Below, in pieces: positions 16,663 through 26,723 of a stretch of DNA of 38,171 nucleotides (positions are counted from its first letter, which is position 1; each line of letters opens with the position of its first letter). The DNA lies in IMG/VR virus record IMGVR_UViG_3300042275_000481, positions 1 through 38,171 of that record. One strand, 5' to 3'. A program made the position numbers and the translations under genes. The notes beneath the pieces were generated by a model. That model had not been told where the DNA came from. It made no database searches and saw only the letters and a program-made list of their open reading frames with translations. This DNA is from a virus. Taxonomy: Duplodnaviria > Heunggongvirae > Uroviricota > Caudoviricetes.

Positions 16663-17860
16663 ATCTTTTTTTAATATAGTCTGTTACGTCTATTTTATTG
16701 AATCTAATTGTTTGGTCATGTGTTTTTTTAAGTGCTAAGTTCATAAGAGACCCTGACATCGTTGATGCTAATAGTCCTGCATTTTTAATACCAATCTTAT
16801 GATATAATTCCCCAGCACATTTATTACAAATCTCATCACTCTTACAATAAAGTGGAGACCTCATTTCAACTTCCTTGCCAACAAATCTATCAATATTTGC
16901 TTCATCAAGCATAGTTTCTTTACCGCCAACTAAAATATATCTATATAAGAACATAGATTTCATTTCTTTGGTAATAGTTGTTTTAAGATATTGATTAGTA
17001 CCACAGTCAGTTCCTTTTTCATCTAAGGTAACAACTTGAACAGCGTTATTAATCTTCTTAGTTTCATAACCAGCTTTTTGAGTTTCGACACCACGAGCAT
17101 ATCCACCTGCAATTGTTGAGTTAGCAAATAGTGGGAATTCTTTCTGAGAGATACCTTCCATATAGTTAGATTTAAGAACGTCAAGTTTTCCTGTATATGG
17201 ATTTTCCATAACTCCACCCATAATGGATGTTTTCTTATAGTTATTTTCAAAGCTGAATGCACCGCTTTCAAAGAAGTCATAACCTTCGTTACCCTTTTCT
17301 TTGATAAGCTTACGGCTAAGTTCTAATAATTCAGACTCAATCTTACTTACAGCGTTTGGGTCACCATCTTTGATTTCTTTTGCATACTGTTCAAATAATT
17401 CTTCCTTACGTTTAATAACTTCAGGAATAGGTACGTTCATATCATAGTCCATTGTTGGTGATATAAAGTAAGTAATTCCAAGGGTCATCCATTCGGCACG
17501 GTCAAGATATCCAGCATAGTCATCCGCAGATATTTCATCATTAAGAAGCATATTAGCAAGTTGTTTCTCAAATGAGCCTGTAGCCTTCTTATTGAATACT
17601 ACATCTTGATAACCAAACTTTTTAAGATACTCATCTGGAATAACAAAGAAGTTCCATAAATATCTTCCTATAGTTGTTTCTATTGTTTCTTTATTATAGA
17701 GGCGATCTTTAGGTAACCTAAAAGTGTCAAATGTGTTAAATCTTGGTTCATCTTGGCCCATGCGGACTGCAAAGAAGTTTCTCAATAGATTCATATCTAT
17801 ATCTTCCTTTGTAAGTTTCAATAGGGCTTCAATTTCTTGTAGTGTTAGTTTACGTTTCAT
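16661..17860 (-). CDS. rpoC: Phage RNA polymerase beta-prime C-terminal subunit (probably virion RNAP), 399 aa
   Basis: Bridge-helix region YMEGISQKEF...GYARGVETQKAGYETKK, DCGT, zinc site RSPLYC...ICNKC, trigger-loop-like AGLLASTMSGSLMNLALKKTH. Confidence 0.9.
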   Translation of the reverse strand: MKRKLTLQEIEALLKLTKEDIDMNLLRNFFAVRMGQDEPRFNTFDTFRLPKDRLYNKETIETTIGRYLWNFFVIPDEYLKKFGYQDVVFNKKATGSFEKQLANMLLNDEISADDYAGYLDRAEWMTLGITYFISPTMDYDMNVPIPEVIKRKEELFEQYAKEIKDGDPNAVSKIESELLELSRKLIKEKGNEGYDFFESGAFSFENNYKKTSIMGGVMENPYTGKLDVLKSNYMEGISQKEFPLFANSTIAGGYARGVETQKAGYETKKINNAVQVVTLDEKGTDCGTNQYLKTTITKEMKSMFLYRYILVGGKETMLDEANIDRFVGKEVEMRSPLYCKSDEICNKCAGELYHKIGIKNAGLLASTMSGSLMNLALKKTHDQTIRFNKIDVTDYIKKR

Positions 17861-17914
17861 AAACCCGCCTCCTTTAAATTTTTTCTTTTATATTTTTTTA
17901 TTTAATTCTTTTTA

Positions 17915-18325
17915 TTAATATTTAAACGTTCCTAGAATTGTTTCGTTTCTTATTAAATAGCATTCTAAATCTTCAAGTTTTTCTAATTCTTTCTTTTTAA
18001 GAACAGTTCCTGAAAGGAATTTATAATGGTCTTTAATATTGAAAGGTGTTGCATATTCAGTTGTAACATAAGCAAGGTCTAGTTTCTTCACTGTATTTCC
18101 AGTTTCATCTAAATAATCAGCAAGAATAAAACCTGGACGCACATATTTAATCGCACCAGTTTTCTTAGCTTCTAATAGAATGATACCTTCATCGGTCTCA
18201 TCAATCTCTTCACCTTGTAGTACAGGAAAGAACAGTGTTGCCTTAATCATGTTCATATTTGTAAGTTCTGATTTAAGTATCAGATTGTGGTATTCTTTAA
18301 TAGTTTTTTCTTCAATAGTTTTCAT
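17915..18325 (-). CDS. Hypothetical protein, 136 aa
   Basis: AGGAG RBS; last gene of the late operon that starts at 23664. Confidence 0.75.
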   Translation of the reverse strand: MKTIEEKTIKEYHNLILKSELTNMNMIKATLFFPVLQGEEIDETDEGIILLEAKKTGAIKYVRPGFILADYLDETGNTVKKLDLAYVTTEYATPFNIKDHYKFLSGTVLKKKELEKLEDLECYLIRNETILGTFKY

Positions 18326-18336
18326 TTTCTCTCTCC

Positions 18337-19095
18337 TTAGAAGTAAATATAATATGTAAGTTTGTATTTAAAATTTTCAGTTAGCGGAATTGGATCGAAT
18401 ACTACTCTTGAAAATAGTGAGTCGTCTGATAAAAATAGTCCCAGCTCACTAGATGAATCATCAACAGCTGTTGTTCCTACAACATCAATAGTTATCTTTA
18501 AACCAATTGCATTAGTACTTGGTAAAACTTCAAGTATATAAGATGCATAATACAATTTATTGTTTCTAGTACTAAAGATGTAGTCACCATGAACTTCTGT
18601 TGTAATATCTGGCAATAGTATAGTTGAATCTAAAGCCACACCAGCGTCCCAAGTATCAACTGCAGTTGCAGTATATAATGTATATGTAGTATCCTCATTA
18701 TCCATTACAAACAATTCGCCTGTAAGTGCTGAAGTTGGAAGAACTAGTCCATAGCTATATGTGGTCGTAACTTCAGACCAAATTAAGTCTGTACTAGATG
18801 TTATAGATACTGCATTTAATCCGCTTAGGTCAGGAATAGATATTTCTAAACCAGTATCAGTTGGGACAGTAGGTGTTATTCCAGAGCCAAAGCTAATATA
18901 ACTAAACTTACGAGCATCCATTATATCCGTTGCTACCTGATTATAAACCAAATCTTTGATAAAGTTTCTTCCATTTTCTACTATCATATTCGGTTTTGCA
19001 AATACAGTTGTTCCATCTTCACGTTCCATAACAACAAAACCTTTAATTTTAGAGTCAGAGACCCTAAGTGTATCTTGTAAAGTAAATTCTTTCAT
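18337..19095 (-). CDS. Tail collar / fibre-attachment-like virion protein, 252 aa
   Basis: NMIVENGR...FGSG...ELGLF...LFSRVVFDPI pattern shared with the neighbouring gene; contains one LYTATAVDTW module. Confidence 0.65.
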   Translation of the reverse strand: MKEFTLQDTLRVSDSKIKGFVVMEREDGTTVFAKPNMIVENGRNFIKDLVYNQVATDIMDARKFSYISFGSGITPTVPTDTGLEISIPDLSGLNAVSITSSTDLIWSEVTTTYSYGLVLPTSALTGELFVMDNEDTTYTLYTATAVDTWDAGVALDSTILLPDITTEVHGDYIFSTRNNKLYYASYILEVLPSTNAIGLKITIDVVGTTAVDDSSSELGLFLSDDSLFSRVVFDPIPLTENFKYKLTYYIYF

Positions 19096-19109
19096 TTTCG
19101 GGCCTCCTT

Positions 19110-19637
19110 CTAAAAGTATATGTAATAATCTATATCGTATGTTTCGCCCTCTTCGACAGGAATCGGGTCGAATACAACTCTTGAAAATAGTTTATCATTT
19201 ATATCACTTGCTGCATCATTACCTAAAAATAGTCCAAGTTCTCTGATTACTGAGCCACTTGATGGGGTTAAAGAACCTTTTAGAACTATATACATTTGTC
19301 CACTAGATGCCTCTAGTATTTCCTTAGCCACAACAATTTTAGTTCCTATTAGAGAACCTAGATCTATAGAATCTAACTGTGTAGCTATTCCAGAAGAGCC
19401 AAATCCGAATCTTCTTAATTTGTAAGAAGTAGAATCGCTTTCTGTTATATATTCATTACTATAAGAAAAATCAGAAGGAAATGCATTTAGAATAAATAAC
19501 TCTCGAAGATATTTTCTACCTTCAGTAACAATCATATTTTCTTTTTCAAATAACACCGTACCATCAGATTTTTTCATAATAACATAACCTTTTGGTCCAA
19601 TATTATCTGTAAATTTTACTTTATCTTCTATTTTCAT
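19110..19637 (-). CDS. Tail collar / fibre-attachment-like virion protein, 175 aa, paralogue of 18337..19095
   Basis: Shares KGYVIMKKSDGTVLFEKENMIVTEGR, FGFGS, ELGLF and LFSRVVFDPI...YYIYF with its neighbour. Confidence 0.65.
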   Translation of the reverse strand: MKIEDKVKFTDNIGPKGYVIMKKSDGTVLFEKENMIVTEGRKYLRELFILNAFPSDFSYSNEYITESDSTSYKLRRFGFGSSGIATQLDSIDLGSLIGTKIVVAKEILEASSGQMYIVLKGSLTPSSGSVIRELGLFLGNDAASDINDKLFSRVVFDPIPVEEGETYDIDYYIYF

Positions 19638-19639
19638 TG

Positions 19640-22600
19640 TTATTCATCTCCTTCTGTAAGTTCGATATTTAATTTTTCATCATAAAATACCATATCCATT
19701 TTAGTTGATTCGAGTCTGTGTTCCACTCTTTCAGCTAATGGGGTAATTTCTGATATACTATCATATTTCTTTTTATATGTTGTGTAATACAATTCAGTAG
19801 TATAAGATAGGAATATTTCTACTGAGGTTTGTACGAATTGCAGTGTAGCTTCTTCTTGGTCTTTAAGTGATAATGACCATTGCATATATGCTTCTGATGA
19901 GAACAAGCTTTGAAGACCATCTATTAAAACAAGAAGTTTTTCTGTATATTCCAATATTAATTCTCTCATGGCATCAGAGCCAGACTCTGGAATACCATCT
20001 GCATAAGTCCCATCTATAATACTCAACGCTTCATCCAAGTAGTTGCCAGTGCTTAACGCAAGGTCAGCAGGTGGTATATACGCTGATGTATCTATATATA
20101 TTGGATTGTTGTCCGTAATATAAATATTTTGGAAGATATTATTTGCAAAATCTATAAATGCCTCATTATGATATAACTCAGGATTTCTATATGGAGACAA
20201 TAGCCCATCAAAATAATCCACTGGGAATTTCATGATTTTTTCAATTGCAAAATAATATAAGTCTCTATAGTTTATATTGCTTCCAGTAGGGTCATATGTT
20301 GATGAAGTTGGTAAGTCATAATTATCATTCCAATATTGTCCTAATATATGCAACCATAAATCATTATTGGTATTATCTATTCTGAGTAAATTAAGATTAT
20401 CAAAAGTTTCTAGTATATAACTTCCAGAGTTTTGATACTCATTTGCTACATCCTGCTTACCATAACTTGTTTTATGTGTAGAAAATAGTGAATTTTCTAA
20501 TTGTTTTGCAACTTCTGTTTTTTGGGCATAATTATATTTTTTATAGAATATATTTAGATTACCTTCGATACGATTATCATAATTTATCCAATCACTAGCT
20601 TCTTTGTAGACATTATACTTGTTAAATGAAGCTGGTACTGCTGCAGCACCATTGATATCTGTTGCTCTCCATGAAATATTAAACTCGTCATCGATATTAC
20701 TGTAATCAGATATATAACTATTCAATAATGAATCTATACTGCTTGCCCAATTTGATGATTCATTTATTCCGTAAAATAAACCAGTATTAATTTCACCTAT
20801 ACTAGCTATATTGCTATCTATTCCATATAATTTAAGTATAGCTTTATATATAACTTTGATAGCTTCGAAATATGAACCAATACTAATCTCTGTTGCAACT
20901 GTTCCGAATAATTCCCCAGCATCTAGTTTTGTATCACAGAGAACAGGGTCAGTTCCTTTTAATAGGTTGCTTTGAAGATAGTCTATAGTGCTCATTACAT
21001 ATCTTGAAAGTGTATATTTTTTGTAAATATTTTCCGATAAAGTTAAGCTTAGATATTTAGTTTCAGAAACATCTAAACCAATATCAAGAAGCGCTTCTTC
21101 TGTGACCTCATCAGCATCCCAATATATATCATCTCTTAAGAAATCTCTATAGTTTACAGCACTAGGTCTAGCTGCAAAAATTTCACGAGAACCATTATCT
21201 GAGAAATAAGGGACTTCAATAAATTTAATAGTTCCTTCTGAATCTTTTATTCCATTATTATAATCAGTTTCTTCATATATTAAGAATTTCCTAATTTCAG
21301 CTTCAAAATCTCCGACTTCAAATACTCTAAGTAATACAGAGATAACATCACGGCTACCTTTTAACTTAACTAACTCGTTAAATAATTTAACAATATTCAG
21401 TTTATAGTCTCTTTCTCCCAATATGAAATTATATTTTTCATCATTAAGAACTCCAAGACCATATGATTCTAAGAAATTATATATATCTGTTGAGTTGAAA
21501 TAATCAGGGTCATGAATATTTTCGATTTTAGAATTAAGGAATCTTTCAATCGCAAAGAAACTAATAAATAGTTTTTCATATAATTTATAATCCCCTTCTT
21601 GTATGAAGGATTTATTTAAAAGTACTCGGTAATAATAATCACGTGTTTGTTGATAGATTGTTAAGAATAGTTCGATTTCTCTTTTCTCATAATCTCTGTC
21701 CCCATAATTATTAGTAAATTCGCTAAGAGTTGAGCCATCGCCAACATAGTATCCGATGATATCACTCTCATTAGATAAGCGTGAGATATATGCATTGCTA
21801 TAAAAGTATCTATATCTATAAAAATCATTATTTATCTGAAATAACTCATCCTGCTCAGTGTAGCCTCTATAATAAGTGTCTGCACTCGTTGAGAATGATA
21901 CTCCTCCTTTATTACTTGCAAATAGTAAAGAAAAGGAAGGATAATTATTCTCAATCATTCTTGAAATTACGTACTCTTGGCTATCAGAAAGTAATTGCTC
22001 TCGAAGAGTAGGGTTCAACTCTTTATATAAAACTGTATATGTGAATCTATTTGGAACTGTTATAGTAGTTCCAAATGCATTATTAAGATTTTGTAACTCG
22101 GTAGTTGAAGCATTAGAAATATCTAAATCTTTAATATCAATAAATATTAACTGTTGTCCATCTTTAGCTGTATTAGTTTCATACTCGCTAGCATAATTTT
22201 TCTCAGCACTAACTGAACTACTAATTTGATAGTTGTCAAGAATTAAATCCTTATTATAAAATAATTCTGAGATATCGTTAAATGCTGCTAAGAATCTTCC
22301 AGCTAGTTGTTTGTTAGTATCAACGCCAAAATAGATTTTTTCATCAGTATCTGTCGTAGGATATATTAACGAGAAGAAATTGTATAGATTTCCTTCAAGT
22401 ATTGTTTTTAATTCTTCAATAGTTCCATTAAATTCTCCAATATTTATAGTATTATAAATATCAATTATATAACTAACTATTGAATAAAAGTCGTTTATAT
22501 TGTCAGTATTAACATCAAATAGTTCAGAAAAGCCTATAGAACTTGAAAGCTCTCTTAAATCTAATGGTAATGACATCATAATTTCTCCATTATCAGATAC

Positions 22601-23656
22601 TAAATCTAAGTATCTCGTATATCTTCTGAAATACTCTATATCTCCTGAAGTATTTCGTCTGGTAGAATCCTTTTGTTCTATTGTAGTAGTTAGATTAAAT
22701 GTAACAGTGTCAGTAAATGTAAAATCTACAGTAGATTCTCCTGAATAGTTAGATGCTAATAGGTTTGTAAAACTATTTGGGCCATCTTGTATGTATTGAA
22801 TAAGATTTAGCAATACTAGTGCACTAATGATATTGCTTTTTTGAAAGTATGAACTGTAAAAATTAGATTCAGTCATAGATGGTAAAATAGCAAGATTAAA
22901 TGGGTCTATTCTTCCATACCACATATCGCCAATAGCAGGGTCAATAGATGAAAATAAACTAATACTCTCTTCTGTTGCTCCTACCCAAGTTCCTGCTGTA
23001 ACACATGTATACAATGTACTTGTAGCCTCATCTAACCACATATCATTTATTTTAGGGTTTAATGATTGAGAGATAGAAACTAGTATTTCTGTTGCTCCAT
23101 CTCAAGTCCCTGCAACTGTTGCTTTATAAAGAATCTTTCTTTCAAACCATTCAGTTGAAGTTCTAAATGTATTAGGAAGAGGATTATCAGCTAATAACTG
23201 CTCTATTTTCTTATTAATTATGCTCACAATTCTAGAAAATATAGAATCTGCTTCAATCCCTTGTTTTAATTCATCTACTCCAAAGACGTATCTATATACA
23301 TTTTCATATATAAGGTCTACTCTATCCTGATTGAAGTCATTTACAAAGTTTTTTAGATTAATTAAGTCATTAATAGTGATAAATTCTTCAAAATATTTTC
23401 TGAGCATTTTTGAGAAGAAAAGACTATCACTAGTTTCATTTAACTCAATAATGCTTCCGTCTTTGATGACCGCATTATTTATGAATGTAGTAATATTGGC
23501 AAACTCTTCTTTGGACACATCAGCAATTTGATACTGTGATAATGCTTGTTCTTGTAAGAAACTCGCAATACTCGTTCCATAGCTATCCGCCATTTTTTCT
23601 AAATCTGCTAGTGATTTTAGCGAGAAATTATTTTTTGCCATAGTATCTACCTCCAT
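19640..23656 (-). CDS. Large baseplate/tail virion protein, about 1335 aa, with one in-frame TGA (23102..23104) read as Trp
   Basis: ORFs 23102..23656 and 19640..23041 share a frame joined by 20 sense codons. LYKATVAGT-TGA-DGATE aligns with the downstream repeat LYTCVTAGT-W-VGATE. The likely start is MAKNN at 23641. Confidence 0.88.
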
Positions 23657-23663
23657 TTTGTTT

Positions 23664-23679
23664 CATATAAAATATTGTT
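23664..23679 (-). promoter_or_regulatory. Putative late promoter AACAA-N4-TTATATG
   Basis: Minus strand AACAATATTTTATATG. Confidence 0.75.
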
Positions 23680-23712
23680 CAAGTATGCTTAAATCTATAA
23701 AAAACAAAAAAA

Positions 23713-23737
23713 AAAGACAATTTGGCCAATTGTCTTT
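23713..23737 (-). terminator. Intrinsic terminator
   Basis: AAAGACAATT/AATTGTCTTT followed by a long T run on the minus strand. Confidence 0.8.
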
Positions 23738-23743
23738 AATCTT

Positions 23744-24772
23744 TTAACATCTTCCTCCGCCAGAGGAACCTCCACATCTTCCTCCACCACATCGTTGACC
23801 TCCTCGTCCACATTTGTTTCCTGGGATGTCTGGGTGTCTTTCTATGTCAGTGTTTTGTTTAAGGTACTCAATGACACTATCTTTAATCTTTTCATCAATG
23901 ATGTCATTTTCTACCATACCTTGAACGATAAATTCTGTTGTTGTTCTTTCACGTGCTGTATATGTAAATTGTTTAATCATATCAGCCATGTCAGTATTTC
24001 CCTTATTCCAGTCATAATATAATGAACCATCTTGTTTAATAATGATATCATTAACCATAACCGTTTCTCCAACCTTTAATGCTGAGTTTTCAATTCCTCT
24101 GTGGTATGAAACTTCAAAGCCATCTTTTGTTAAAAATGAATCTGTATTGCATACGCTACAACTACTAGAACCGACATAAGTAAGACCTAATGACACTAGT
24201 TGTTGAAAAAACGGGTCATCAAGAGTGCTCAAATTAGACTTATTAATAGTTCTATAATCAGCTCTAAAACTGATAGTTCTATTATAGCCTTGATACATCC
24301 CGATGAAATCAAGTATTGCTTCATCTGAGTAGTCTCTGAAAACTACACAATTGATTTTGATGCTCTTGTTAATGCTGTCGAACAGAAAATCTGAACGTCT
24401 AGATATTATCCTGTCAATATGTCTTGAAATATTGACTGAATTGATTCTACTGTTATTGATATACTCCACAGCTTCTATTGCAGTATCATAAGGTAGTGTT
24501 GTGTTAACAAATATATACTTGTCATCTGAAATCTTTTGAATCATTTCATCTAACAGTTTAATATCTGCAAATGGTTCACCACCTGTAAATACAACATCCC
24601 TAACGTCTGGCATTTTGTTGATAATATCTAGTTGTTTCAGTATCTTCTTAACACTAAAATTGCTAGTATCAGCATACTCATGCTTTGTAGTACAAAAACT
24701 GCAATTGTTCTTACAGTCATACGGTACGAATATCGTAGCCGCTAAATTACTTCTACCAACGATAAATTTCAT
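23744..24772 (-). CDS. Radical SAM protein with a Gly/Cys/Arg-rich C-terminal tail, 342 aa
   Basis: CKNNCSFC cluster motif, FTGGEPF, an extra CSVC, and the tail GNKCGRGGQRCGGGRCGGSSGGGRC. Confidence 0.88.
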   Translation of the reverse strand: MKFIVGRSNLAATIFVPYDCKNNCSFCTTKHEYADTSNFSVKKILKQLDIINKMPDVRDVVFTGGEPFADIKLLDEMIQKISDDKYIFVNTTLPYDTAIEAVEYINNSRINSVNISRHIDRIISRRSDFLFDSINKSIKINCVVFRDYSDEAILDFIGMYQGYNRTISFRADYRTINKSNLSTLDDPFFQQLVSLGLTYVGSSSCSVCNTDSFLTKDGFEVSYHRGIENSALKVGETVMVNDIIIKQDGSLYYDWNKGNTDMADMIKQFTYTARERTTTEFIVQGMVENDIIDEKIKDSVIEYLKQNTDIERHPDIPGNKCGRGGQRCGGGRCGGSSGGGRC

Positions 24773-24804
24773 ATTAAATCTCCTCTCATATTATTTACCA
24801 TATT

Positions 24805-24814
24805 TATAATATAT
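24805..24814 (-). promoter_or_regulatory. Putative early phage promoter ATATATTATA
   Basis: Exact copy upstream of the radical SAM gene, back-to-back with a late promoter. Confidence 0.6.
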
Positions 24815-24837
24815 CTTTAAAGGTGCATAAAATTCAA

Positions 24838-24853
24838 AACAACTTATTATATG
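24838..24853 (+). promoter_or_regulatory. Putative late promoter AACAA-N4-TTATATG
   Basis: AACAACTTATTATATG. Confidence 0.75.
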
Positions 24854-24869
24854 ACAAAGAGGTGAGAAT

Positions 24870-25478
24870 ATGGAAGAGAAAAATAAAATAGGAAATATAA
24901 ACTTCATAGATTCAGAAGGAAAACCAATCATACAATCAGATGATAGTCCATTTCCTGAGAGCTTTTATTTTGATAAATTTTATGAAGAGAGAGAATATAA
25001 AAAATTTATAAAGAATATCGAGAAGTTGATAAGGACATCTAACGAATATAAGAACTATGTGGAACAACTGCATAATACAATTGCAGCACTAAATATCGAT
25101 AATATCTTATCATATATAACAGATGCTGATGCAGATATTGAATTTCACCACTACCCTTTCGCCTTATACGATATAGTTGACGCAGTAGTATTACAAAAAT
25201 TCTTTAATCAAGAAAATTTCACATCGTTTAGTGTTGCTAAGGAAGTTATGGAATTGCATTATAAGAATTTTATTGGCCTAGTTCCACTTACAAAGACTAC
25301 TCATGAACTAGCACATGCTGGTGAGTTATTCTTATCATCAAAACAGATATTTGGTGACTATAAGGAATTTATGGAAAGATACCCAGAGGGTGTCAATAAA
25401 GAGACCAGAGAAAAAATTGAAGAGATGGAAAAGCTCACAGAGCAAGATTACCCATCAGATTCGGGAGGGTTGTTCTAA
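24870..25478 (+). CDS. Late protein with an HNH-like His motif, 202 aa
   Basis: EFHHYPFAL...LVPLTKTTHELAH resembles a beta-beta-alpha-metal signature; GAGGTG RBS. Confidence 0.65.
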   Translation: MEEKNKIGNINFIDSEGKPIIQSDDSPFPESFYFDKFYEEREYKKFIKNIEKLIRTSNEYKNYVEQLHNTIAALNIDNILSYITDADADIEFHHYPFALYDIVDAVVLQKFFNQENFTSFSVAKEVMELHYKNFIGLVPLTKTTHELAHAGELFLSSKQIFGDYKEFMERYPEGVNKETREKIEEMEKLTEQDYPSDSGGLF

Positions 25479-26695
25479 TGTATGTTAATAAACTAGAAAA
25501 GTTTTTTGTAGAAGCAACTCTACTAGACCGTACAAATGATGTCACAATTGATATATCGCCTTTCATAAGGGCAGTCAGCGTTAAGAAAAACTTCATAAAT
25601 AACAGTTTCCCATTATTTGTGATAGATATTATGACCACTGAACAAATAAGAGATATTATGAGAGACAATGAAATATCCGTTAATATCAAAGTTGACAAAT
25701 ACTCAGATAGTGACAGTGAATTAAGTGAAGACAGTAGTGAGATACCTGTAATTGAAGAAAGAATTATTGACACAACCATTAGAATATATGACAAGCCTTA
25801 TGTTAGTAGCTCTACATATAAAGAAGAAGATAATGAGAATTCTGACAGTATGTCTGAGGTAATGCGCGTATTTCCTTATCAATTATCAGGGATACCAGAT
25901 GAGTTAATTGCTAAAAATGATAAAATAATAAATGAAATTTATGACAATGCGAAGATAAATGATGTCTTAGTTCATATACTATCACAAGTTGAAAATAACG
26001 AACTGTATATAGACAGTAGTGATAATCCTGAAAGATTTAGGTCGCTACTAATTCCATCTTTAAATGTCATACCAGCTATCAGATACATTCAGAGTATTTA
26101 TGGTGTTTATAATAGTTCTCTTGGAATATTTTTTGATACTAATCGAACTTACCTCTATAAACCGTTTAACAAAAACCGTACCAACAATAATACGGTTGAA
26201 GTAATAACTATTAAGGCTAATGACATTTCAGATGATAATAAACTACTAACGCCTCTTGTTGATGAAAATAACAATGTTAGAATACACTTAAAAAATACCC
26301 CTGCGTTCAGTTCATTCACTAAGATAAATGATGATGAAATAGGTAAGACTACTGTATTTAATTCATATGATAGCAACTTTGATGTTGTTAGAAGAATTGT
26401 TGAAAATGCGACTGTTGAAGGGAATAAAATCAGATATTATTGGAATTATCAACAAGATAAACTATTTGAAGATACATTTATAAACGAGAATAAAGAAATT
26501 GGTGAAGGTATCAATATATCTTTAAGTAACATCGACCCTAACTATTTTAATATTGACACGCTGTATGTTCTAAATACTCAAACAGAGTATGCAAACGGTA
26601 ATTACAACCTAATTGAGCAAGCATTCAGTATATACACCACAGACTATGAGCATTATAACTCAATGATAAACTTAAAACTAATAAAAATAAGATAA
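25478..26695 (+). CDS. Probable virion structural protein (baseplate hub-like), 405 aa
   Basis: Late operon with TAATG coupling; pattern KKNFINNSFPLF...LIPSLNVIPAIRYIQSIYGVY. The hub call is tentative. Confidence 0.65.
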   Translation: MYVNKLEKFFVEATLLDRTNDVTIDISPFIRAVSVKKNFINNSFPLFVIDIMTTEQIRDIMRDNEISVNIKVDKYSDSDSELSEDSSEIPVIEERIIDTTIRIYDKPYVSSSTYKEEDNENSDSMSEVMRVFPYQLSGIPDELIAKNDKIINEIYDNAKINDVLVHILSQVENNELYIDSSDNPERFRSLLIPSLNVIPAIRYIQSIYGVYNSSLGIFFDTNRTYLYKPFNKNRTNNNTVEVITIKANDISDDNKLLTPLVDENNNVRIHLKNTPAFSSFTKINDDEIGKTTVFNSYDSNFDVVRRIVENATVEGNKIRYYWNYQQDKLFEDTFINENKEIGEGINISLSNIDPNYFNIDTLYVLNTQTEYANGNYNLIEQAFSIYTTDYEHYNSMINLKLIKIR

Positions 26696-26713
26696 CCATA
26701 AGGTTATCTTATT
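26686..26713. terminator. Bidirectional terminator between convergent genes
   Basis: AATAAGATAACC-ATAA-GGTTATCTTATT with A/T runs on both sides. Confidence 0.85.
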
Positions 26714-26723
26714 ATTTTTTATT

